Shown here piece after piece: positions 9,329-16,448 of a stretch of 64,000 nucleotides of DNA. Position 1 is the first letter of the stretch. Each line of letters opens with the position of its first letter. A program made the translations under genes and the position numbers. The DNA lies in NCBI GenBank assembly GCA_002293685.1, contig DBDS01000006.1:108867-172866 (forward strand). The letters run 5' to 3'. This DNA comes from Patescibacteria group bacterium UBA926 (GTDB taxonomy: Bacteria; Patescibacteriota; Doudnabacteria; UBA920). The notes beneath the pieces are model-generated. The model did no database searches. It was not told where the DNA came from and worked only from the letters and a program-made list of their open reading frames with translations.

Positions 9329-10000
9329 ATGCCAACTTATGACAAAGACAATAACTTAATTGAGCCTACTAGGTTTACTCCCGAACCTGAGGGCGACGGC
9401 TTTACCCCTGCCGTGTCTACAAAGCGGGGCAAGACACAAAAGAACCACACCCCGAAAGTTAAACCAACGCTAAAGCGCAGGCTAGCCAAATGGCTGGTAC
9501 TGCTGACCCTAGCCCTTGGCTTACTGCTCAGTGCGGCATACGGCATTGATTATTTCTTTGACCGCAACACCATTAACTGGCAGACCCCGATTAAGCTACA
9601 GACCCCTATTTACCTAAGCCCGCGAACGCAGGCACAGGCAAAGCAGGTTGAAGTGGTGCCTACAGCGCAAGCTGTGGCACCCGTGGCAAAAGAGGAAGTT
9701 AAGCCAGTAGTGGACTATGACGAAATACTGCGCATTGTCTACCGCAAGGAAAGCAGCAGCGGTAAAAACGACGGCTGCAAGAGGCAGGGAAAGTATAACG
9801 GCTATGGCTATGCCCAAAGCACCCACAGCTGGAAATGCTTTGACAGCCACGCCGAGGTAACGGGGCTGGTTAGGGCTTGGTTTGAAAAGCGGGTACCTGT
9901 TATGGGTTTGCCAGCCGCCCTTTGTTACTACAACACAGGGCATAAGACCGCTGACTGCCCTTACTACAGGGATTACTTGAAATATGCAAAATCAGAGTAA
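9329..10000 (+). CDS. Membrane-anchored lysozyme-like / lytic transglycosylase-like protein
   Basis: TM segment WLVLLTLALGLLLSAAYGI; ES motif (YRKESS) and ALCYYNTG resemble SLT motifs I and III. Confidence 0.5.
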   Translation: MPTYDKDNNLIEPTRFTPEPEGDGFTPAVSTKRGKTQKNHTPKVKPTLKRRLAKWLVLLTLALGLLLSAAYGIDYFFDRNTINWQTPIKLQTPIYLSPRTQAQAKQVEVVPTAQAVAPVAKEEVKPVVDYDEILRIVYRKESSSGKNDGCKRQGKYNGYGYAQSTHSWKCFDSHAEVTGLVRAWFEKRVPVMGLPAALCYYNTGHKTADCPYYRDYLKYAKSE

Positions 10001-10310
10001 CTACTGGCAACAGTACCGCCTTGAGCAGAGAATACGCCGAGGCAACAGGCGCACTTACTGGTTGCAGGAACTAAGCAGACTTAAGCGGGCAGGGTTTACG
10101 GTGCAGCAGCTTGCCCAAGACCACTACCGCATAAATGGCGAACTAGACTTTTACCTAGTGCATGCTCAGTACCACAACCTGCAAAACGGAAAGCGCGGGA
10201 AAATCCTACACAACTTAATTGGCTTTGTGCGCCGTGCGGTGGCAGACAACTACCAATACCGCCAAAGCTATGAGCCGCGCAAAGTAACCGTTTATTTGCC
10301 TGAGGATTAA
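9984..10310 (+). CDS. Hypothetical phage protein
   Basis: ORF overlapping the previous stop. Confidence 0.6.
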   Translation: MQNQSNYWQQYRLEQRIRRGNRRTYWLQELSRLKRAGFTVQQLAQDHYRINGELDFYLVHAQYHNLQNGKRGKILHNLIGFVRRAVADNYQYRQSYEPRKVTVYLPED

Positions 10311-10330
10311 AAAATTAACAAACAGAGAGA

Positions 10331-10534
10331 ATGAAACAAGAAATACCACACTGCTTAACCTGCGGGCATGAGCAGACAAGAATAGTAAAATTAGTGCCTG
10401 ACGACAAGGGCAACATGCAGACCACCCAAACCTTTACTTGGGTTTGCACTAACCGCGCCTGTGTTTTCTACATTAACTTGGGCAAGGTAGCGACTTGGAA
10501 AAACGCAGTAACTCAAAATGTATGGGCTGGATAA
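10331..10534 (+). CDS. Small zinc-ribbon protein
   Basis: CLTC and CTNRAC cysteine pairs. Confidence 0.6.
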   Translation: MKQEIPHCLTCGHEQTRIVKLVPDDKGNMQTTQTFTWVCTNRACVFYINLGKVATWKNAVTQNVWAG

Positions 10535-10941
10535 CCATAGCGAACACAAACCAAAAGCCTAATGGCATGAGTTATGGACGAGGGGCTAGGGATTTTGAAT
10601 ACCAGCAAAAGCGGTTGTTGAACCTGAGAATGACAAACAGTATTGGCAGGTTTTTAACAGACAAGGCTAAAGAGCTTTTGACAGACAGGCAAATTAAAAT
10701 GCTTACCCGCGGAACCGCCCAAATTGCCAAGTGCAAAGAATGTGGCTTTAGCTTTATTGCCATGCGTGGGCAAGTGATTAGGTATAGGGGCTTGCAAAAC
10801 ATGGTTTGCTGGGCGTGCATACATAACCAGCCTAAGACCAAAACCTACAAGCGGTTATCTGACTTGTTGGGGCAAATCAAGCAAGCCGTGGTTGACGAGC
10901 AAAACAAGGCAGAGGGCATTGTTGAAACTGATAACGAATAA
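10522..10941 (+). CDS. Hypothetical protein with zinc ribbon
   Basis: CKEC...CWAC; start uncertain (10522 or 10568). Confidence 0.6.
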   Translation: MGWITIANTNQKPNGMSYGRGARDFEYQQKRLLNLRMTNSIGRFLTDKAKELLTDRQIKMLTRGTAQIAKCKECGFSFIAMRGQVIRYRGLQNMVCWACIHNQPKTKTYKRLSDLLGQIKQAVVDEQNKAEGIVETDNE

Positions 10942-10945
10942 AGCT

Positions 10946-11155
10946 ATGGGTATTTTAGACACAGTGGAAAAACTTAATAAGAACCCATTACAGCCTGAAA
11001 ACCAGCCCCGCAAAAACTGCGTGGTTGACCAAAGCGAAGTAAACGCCATTTTAGACAAAATGGACAGTAGCCGAGAGAACCGCATTAAATACCGAGAGCG
11101 ATTTATGCGCTACAGGGTAGACCACACAGACCGCATTGAGGACGGGGAATACTAA
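10946..11155 (+). CDS. Hypothetical phage protein
   Basis: ATG 10946 shortly after the previous stop. Confidence 0.55.
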   Translation: MGILDTVEKLNKNPLQPENQPRKNCVVDQSEVNAILDKMDSSRENRIKYRERFMRYRVDHTDRIEDGEY

Positions 11156-11169
11156 TTAAGAAAAAAGAA

Positions 11170-11286
11170 ATGAACATATTAACAAAAATTGTGAACCTGC
11201 TGACTGGTCAATGCAACTGCACTTGCCACAATTACGGCTACCGTAGCTGTAGCTGGTGCAAACTTGGGGGCAAGGTATGGTGGTAA
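11170..11286 (+). CDS. Small Cys-rich peptide, 38 aa (MNILTKIVNLLTGQCNCTCHNYGYRSCSWCKLGGKVWW)
   Basis: Translated by hand; fills the intergenic gap; CxCxCH and CxxC. Confidence 0.5.
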   Translation: MNILTKIVNLLTGQCNCTCHNYGYRSCSWCKLGGKVWW

Positions 11287-11309
11287 TTAAATAATTAAGG
11301 CATAAACCA

Positions 11310-11609
11310 ATGAGAAAAACAAAGAAAAGAACAACCCCAAAATTACGCTTTGCCTGCTGGAAAAGTGGCTGTAATGCTAGATTTAAAAGTTATCAAGCCC
11401 GCGACGCGCACATACCAATTGCCCACCCTGAACCACCGCGCCCAAAGCGTACTGAAACCCAGCGCTTGCAAGGTGGTAGTGATATGCGGGTTGGCAAGAA
11501 AGTAAAGTTTATACAAACAGGCACTATAAAAAAACTAACTCATTTTTTAAACAGCGATACGGTAGAGGTTGATGTAGATATTTATACCGATAGCTGGGAA
11601 AGGCTTTAA
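11310..11609 (+). CDS. C2H2 zinc-finger-containing phage protein
   Basis: FACWKSGCNARFKSYQARDAHIPIAH matches C-x4-C-x3-F-x8-H-x4-H. Confidence 0.6.
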   Translation: MRKTKKRTTPKLRFACWKSGCNARFKSYQARDAHIPIAHPEPPRPKRTETQRLQGGSDMRVGKKVKFIQTGTIKKLTHFLNSDTVEVDVDIYTDSWERL

Positions 11610-11612
11610 ACC

Positions 11613-11966
11613 ATGGCACAGCTACAATTAGCCTTTGATAAGGCAGCGGAAAATAAGAACCGCAAGACCATTTTAAAAATTAACCTGAAAGATATTTTAG
11701 AGCAGGATAGCGCCTACACCCAAGTGCAGGAACAGCTAGCTGCTTTAGGCGAAAAGCGCAAGCAGATTTTGCAAAGCATTAGCGACGCATACCCTGAGTT
11801 GTTTAATGAACTAGCAGAATTGGCTGCGGCTGAGAAAAACGACAAAGAATTGTTGACTGATTTGGCGGTTAACAGCCTAGCTAGTGGCGAACCGATAGAG
11901 GTTAAAGACCATGACGGCAACCCATTGGAACCAGTATTTAGCGTTAAATTTAAGAAAGTAAAATAA
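11613..11966 (+). CDS. Coiled-coil protein ending in EPVFSVKFKK, resembling a conserved CPR hypothetical family
   Basis: Helical heptads and C-terminal GEPIEVKDHDGNPLEPVFSVKFKK; family match is from memory. Confidence 0.6.
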   Translation: MAQLQLAFDKAAENKNRKTILKINLKDILEQDSAYTQVQEQLAALGEKRKQILQSISDAYPELFNELAELAAAEKNDKELLTDLAVNSLASGEPIEVKDHDGNPLEPVFSVKFKKVK

Positions 11967-11967
11967 T

Positions 11968-12324
11968 ATGCAATTTACACATTATGAATTTGCCCATATA
12001 AAAAAGGCAGATAAAGAATTTAAGGAAAAACTGCAACCTTACATTGACGCCATTGCAGTGTTGGTTGAGCAGTACAGCAGCAAGAATACTGCCTATTTCC
12101 CGCCAGTAGAAATTGTTAACGATTTTAAAGACCGCCTGTGCATAGAAATGGCGGGCACTGGCAGTGAGGATTTTCATACCCTGCGACAAAAGCCGTTGAT
12201 TGCTTACGCCATTGAGAAAAGCACCAAAATACTTATGGAACTGGACGAACCGAAAGTTACCTTGGCTGAGGTAAAGGTAAAGGGTGGCAAAATCAAGGTG
12301 CGAGGCAGAATAAAGGAAGTATAA
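11968..12324 (+). CDS. Hypothetical phage protein
   Basis: ORF in packed operon. Confidence 0.6.
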   Translation: MQFTHYEFAHIKKADKEFKEKLQPYIDAIAVLVEQYSSKNTAYFPPVEIVNDFKDRLCIEMAGTGSEDFHTLRQKPLIAYAIEKSTKILMELDEPKVTLAEVKVKGGKIKVRGRIKEV

Positions 12325-12326
12325 GC

Positions 12327-12860
12327 ATGACCATTAAATTTGTAATAGCGGGCAATCCCTTTGACCCAAAGGGCAACCCAGTGCCTTACACCCGAACCAC
12401 CCAAGGCACCAAGCATACTGAGCGTTACCAGCGTTATGTTAGGTGGGTTAGCTATGTGCAGCAACATTTTTGCGCACAGAACCCTGACGCCACTGGCATG
12501 GGCAAATACACGCTAAATATATTTAGACACAAAAAGCCCATACTGCTTGCCCCCGAATTATGCGCCCGTGTGGATATTAAGATACAATGGGCAAATAAAA
12601 AGGGTGGCGACGGCGACAATGTGCTAAAGGGAATACTGGACGCGCTTTTTGTGCAAGACAAATGGGTTAGCGGCAGTTACGACTGGGCAATAGACGCGGA
12701 ACACGGCGGGGCTGTTGAGGTTAAAATAACCTTTATGCACATGGACACTGGCGAGCCTGTGGCATTAAATGAGCTAACCGACTTGAGCGTTAAGTGCGTA
12801 GCCCATAGCAACGAACTGGTGCGGAAAATGGCAGAGAAAAAACTAAAGATTAAACTATAA
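12327..12860 (+). CDS. rusA: RusA-family Holliday junction resolvase
   Basis: DGDNVLKGILDAL...QDKWV motif (DxDN-x2-K-x3-D). Confidence 0.75.
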   Translation: MTIKFVIAGNPFDPKGNPVPYTRTTQGTKHTERYQRYVRWVSYVQQHFCAQNPDATGMGKYTLNIFRHKKPILLAPELCARVDIKIQWANKKGGDGDNVLKGILDALFVQDKWVSGSYDWAIDAEHGGAVEVKITFMHMDTGEPVALNELTDLSVKCVAHSNELVRKMAEKKLKIKL

Positions 12861-12864
12861 AAAT

Positions 12865-13143
12865 ATGAGTGAATTACCAACATACGCGGGCGAGAAAGTT
12901 ATTACTGGTTACGAGGTGGGCAACCTGAACTTTGCCGCCACCCTGATGTGCCTAGGCAAAAAGGTGTTGGGCGCCAAACCAAACCCTAAGCACCCCCACC
13001 TGAGCATTTTCATTTTTGAGCAGGACGACGAAATTAAGGGCTTGCACAAACCCTACACTAACGGGGCTTTGCTGGTAGAGCCACGGCTGTTTACCGAGAA
13101 TGTGCGAACGCTAAAGGACATTTCTAACAACCTAAGCGCCTAG
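12865..13143 (+). CDS. DUF5659-like phage protein
   Basis: NLNFAATLMCLG...FIFE...Y...LLVEPRLF...RTLK pattern. Confidence 0.6.
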   Translation: MSELPTYAGEKVITGYEVGNLNFAATLMCLGKKVLGAKPNPKHPHLSIFIFEQDDEIKGLHKPYTNGALLVEPRLFTENVRTLKDISNNLSA

Positions 13144-13146
13144 AGT

Positions 13147-13401
13147 ATGCAGCATAAGTGGAACCACGACCAGACAGCAGACGGCACCTATAACCCGCTG
13201 GTTTGCGACGGCATTTACGAGCCTGACGCCTCAGTTGGGCTGTGCGTGAAGTGCCGCAGGGCAGCAGACGCCCACGGCTTGCCAGTCAACGACCACACCA
13301 AGTGCATAATGACTTGCGAGGTGTGCGGGGAAAAGTGGCAGTGCAACAAGATATACCCTGACAATAAAGAGTGTGAGGGCAAAAAAGAAATTAACCAATA
13401 A
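13147..13401 (+). CDS. Cys-rich hypothetical protein
   Basis: CVKC, CEVC and further Cys residues. Confidence 0.55.
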   Translation: MQHKWNHDQTADGTYNPLVCDGIYEPDASVGLCVKCRRAADAHGLPVNDHTKCIMTCEVCGEKWQCNKIYPDNKECEGKKEINQ

Positions 13402-13410
13402 CCAACAAAT

Positions 13411-13776
13411 ATGATTAAAGCTATTAGAAAGTTTTTATTTAAGCGCCAGTACCTAAGAGCAGTACAGCGTGAGATTTGGACTAATGACATTGAAATTGCC
13501 CACCAAACTAAGGGCATAGCCGATTTAGAGGCAGAGCAGGTTAAGCGCGAAACAGAGCGCGAGGCATTGCAGGCTGAATTTGACGAGCTGAGCAAGAGCC
13601 ACCAGCGGGCAGACCGCGACAAAGCCAAAGAGGTTGCAAAGCAACTGACCGATAAAAAGCAGGTTATTGGCAAGTACGAAATGAGCGCAGTACAGTTGCG
13701 CAAAAACATTGACAGCAAGAGCGCCAGCAACGAATACTTACACGGCAAAATCAAGTTTGTTAAAGAACAGTTTTAA
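13411..13776 (+). CDS. Coiled-coil hypothetical protein
   Basis: Charged heptad pattern. Confidence 0.6.
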   Translation: MIKAIRKFLFKRQYLRAVQREIWTNDIEIAHQTKGIADLEAEQVKRETEREALQAEFDELSKSHQRADRDKAKEVAKQLTDKKQVIGKYEMSAVQLRKNIDSKSASNEYLHGKIKFVKEQF

Positions 13777-13778
13777 AC

Positions 13779-14045
13779 ATGGCAAAGCCCAAAAATAAAA
13801 TCCAATTGCAGTTTTTGCATACCACCCCTGACGGGAAAGTGGACATAAAAGAGGTTGAGGCGCTTATTAGCGCTATGTTTGACGGTGTGCTGGTAACTTT
13901 TAACGACCACCTGCACCTGCCAGCTGACCAAACACTGCACCTTTTGACTGTGATTTTAAACCACACTATGGAATGGGCTAACGACAAACTTAAGGACGAT
14001 AAACTAAAAGCCATGTTTGGCGTAGAGGGTACCGACAATGCCTAG
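13779..14045 (+). CDS. Hypothetical phage protein
   Basis: ORF in packed operon. Confidence 0.6.
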   Translation: MAKPKNKIQLQFLHTTPDGKVDIKEVEALISAMFDGVLVTFNDHLHLPADQTLHLLTVILNHTMEWANDKLKDDKLKAMFGVEGTDNA

Positions 14046-14580
14046 ACACAATAAAACCCGTGAGCGCATTTTAATGGAACGGGTACGGGCAATTTTGGCG
14101 TTTAACCCGACATTTAGCGCACGGCAAATATCCGACCAGCTGGAAAATGACCACCGCGACCCAATAAAACTGACCCCACAGTACATAATAAAACTGCGCG
14201 ATAAAATCAAAGCCCAGCGAAAACACAACATTAGCATAATTGCCGTTGAACAGCGCATTGCCCAAATGCAGGACACGGCAGCTGCGGTGGTAGAAAAAAT
14301 GGTTGAAATACTGCTAAGCCCCAGCAGCTTAGACAAAGACCGAGTAGCAGCAGGAAAACTGATACTTGAGGCTGACCGCAACTTATTCCAAGCTGAAATG
14401 GACGCAGGGATATTTGAACGCAACCTTGGCAGCCTTGCCTTAAAACACAAACTGGTGCTAGACCCTGACCGTAGGCAGGCTATTAGCCGAGCCATGCAGA
14501 ACTTGGGCGTAATAAAACCAACAATTGATGTACAACCAACCCTTACCGACAGCCCTACAGGAAATAACGCAGCAAATTGA
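14038..14580 (+). CDS. Probable terminase small subunit
   Basis: N-terminal HTH-like SARQISDQL, helical RVAAGKLILE segment, directly upstream of and overlapping TerL. Confidence 0.6.
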   Translation: MPRHNKTRERILMERVRAILAFNPTFSARQISDQLENDHRDPIKLTPQYIIKLRDKIKAQRKHNISIIAVEQRIAQMQDTAAAVVEKMVEILLSPSSLDKDRVAAGKLILEADRNLFQAEMDAGIFERNLGSLALKHKLVLDPDRRQAISRAMQNLGVIKPTIDVQPTLTDSPTGNNAAN

Positions 14581-16021
14581 CGACATAGCCGCGTTAACCC
14601 CTGAGCAGCTAGCCAACTTGATTGACGACCCAGAGATTAGGGTTATAGCCAGCGAAAGTAGCTTTGCTGTTTTTATGGCTGCCTATTTAAGCCATTACTG
14701 GAACCTGCCAGCGGCAGATTTTCACACTGAACTTATTGCGTTGCTTGAGGACTGGAAACAGGAATTGCTGGCAATCACAGGGTTTAGAGGCAGCGGCAAA
14801 TCTAGTATTGTGGCGTTGGCTTTTGTGATGTGGTGCGCACTGTTTGAAAAGGCGCATTTTATTATATTGGTTAACGAAACCGACGAGGTAGGAAAACTTA
14901 GCATTGCCAACATTAGAGAGGAACTGCAAAGCAACCCGCTTATTGAGCATGATTTTGGCACAGTAATATCTAGCGAGCAGGTTAGCACCAAGTTTAGCGA
15001 AACCAATGTTTTGCTTGCTAACGGGGTGCGTATTATGGCACGCAGCCGTGGGCAAAAAATCCGTGGGTTGAGGCACCGCCAGTACCGCCCTGACTTGGTA
15101 ATAATTGACGACTGCGAGGAAATAGACAAAGTGCAGAGCAAGATTTACCGCGACAAAACCGAACGCTGGATTAGGGGCGTGGTTATTCCTGCCATTGAGG
15201 AACTAAAAGCCCGCCTGATTATCATAGGCAACGAGCTGCACCGCGACGCACTTATGGCACGCTTGCGCAAAAAAGACAAGCCTGACGCCATGGGGCATAT
15301 TTTTACTAACCGCAGTTACCCGCTGGTTGACGACAAAGGGCAATGCAACTGGGTGGGCAAATACCCTGACAAGGCAGCGTTAGACCGCCAGCTTGCTAAA
15401 GTGGGGCGCCTTATCTGGCTGCGTGAATACCTGCTTAAAGTAATACCTGAGGACGAGCAGATTGTTAAAGACCATGAGATACACCGCTACACCGAACTGC
15501 CGAACTACATTACCGTGGTTGCCAGCGGTGTTGACTTGGCTATTAGCCAAAAGCAGACTGCCGACTATACCACCATGGTGGCTGGTTTGGGCAGCGTGAT
15601 TGAGGGCAAGCCAAAAATTTATGTACTGCCAAAGCCTATAAATGCTAGGCTTGGTTTTGCTCAGACCATAAGTACCATGAAAGCGCAGCAGGACGCTTTG
15701 CGGGCTTACGGCATGGCTATGTTTTATGTTGAGGCTCAAAGTTACCAAAAGGCAGCTATTGAGGTAGGCGAAATGCACATGTTGCCAATTACCCCGATTA
15801 CCAGCGTGGCTGACAAGCGGGCAAAGCTCATGGCTATTGCCCCATTTATACAAAATGGTACTGTGCTATTCCCTGAGGCTGGCTGTGAGGAATTGGTAGA
15901 CCAAATACTAGAATTTGGCGTAGCCGAGCATGACGACTTGCTGGACGGCTTAGTTAACCTTATTTACGGGATACTGCAAAACGGGGGCGTGCAGTTGCCT
16001 GAGGTAGTGATATTAGGATAA
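14528..16021 (+). CDS. terL: Terminase large subunit
   Basis: Walker A GFRGSGKS, Walker B VIIDD, nuclease GVDLA and HDDLLD. Confidence 0.92.
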   Translation: MYNQPLPTALQEITQQIDDIAALTPEQLANLIDDPEIRVIASESSFAVFMAAYLSHYWNLPAADFHTELIALLEDWKQELLAITGFRGSGKSSIVALAFVMWCALFEKAHFIILVNETDEVGKLSIANIREELQSNPLIEHDFGTVISSEQVSTKFSETNVLLANGVRIMARSRGQKIRGLRHRQYRPDLVIIDDCEEIDKVQSKIYRDKTERWIRGVVIPAIEELKARLIIIGNELHRDALMARLRKKDKPDAMGHIFTNRSYPLVDDKGQCNWVGKYPDKAALDRQLAKVGRLIWLREYLLKVIPEDEQIVKDHEIHRYTELPNYITVVASGVDLAISQKQTADYTTMVAGLGSVIEGKPKIYVLPKPINARLGFAQTISTMKAQQDALRAYGMAMFYVEAQSYQKAAIEVGEMHMLPITPITSVADKRAKLMAIAPFIQNGTVLFPEAGCEELVDQILEFGVAEHDDLLDGLVNLIYGILQNGGVQLPEVVILG

Positions 16022-16028
16022 AAACAAA

Positions 16029-16241
16029 ATGGAAAACAACATTACACCACAAACTAGGGTAATGCGCGAACTACCACCCGAATGGCAACACCTTATGCAG
16101 CTGGTTGAAAAACTTGGCTATGGGGAAATACAGATAATTGTTAAAAACAAAAAACCCCATGCTATTAAGAACCTTGCCCAAAATATAAACCTTACCGAGC
16201 CTGAGGACTTTAGGCGTGGGCTGGAAACGCACATTTTGTAG
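16029..16241 (+). CDS. Small DUF2292/YezD-like protein, candidate late antiterminator
   Basis: LVEKLGYGEIQIIVKNKKP resembles the DUF2292 pattern; immediately upstream of the late promoter and leader. Confidence 0.55.
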   Translation: MENNITPQTRVMRELPPEWQHLMQLVEKLGYGEIQIIVKNKKPHAIKNLAQNINLTEPEDFRRGLETHIL

Positions 16242-16260
16242 TTATGCACACTTTATGATA

Positions 16261-16289
16261 TTGCAATGATTTAAAAATTATGATATAAT
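16261..16289 (+). promoter_or_regulatory. Late (structural operon) sigma70 promoter
   Basis: TTGCAA-17 nt-TATAAT with extended -10 TG. Confidence 0.8.
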
Positions 16290-16373
16290 GAATGTACTGA
16301 GGTGTGGCTGGGCAACCAGCCTGCCTAAACAAACTTTTACAATACGGGTTAGTAGCCTAAATTGACGAACAAT

Positions 16374-16426
16374 AGGGCTTACGCAAATTACTCTTTAACA
16401 GGGTAGTGGGCGTAAGCCCTTTTTTT
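16374..16426 (+). terminator. Leader terminator (attenuator) before the portal gene
   Basis: AGGGCTTACGC...GCGTAAGCCCT 11-bp stem followed by TTTTTT. Confidence 0.8.
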
Positions 16427-16448
16427 ATTGCCTAAGCCCTGAAACTAA

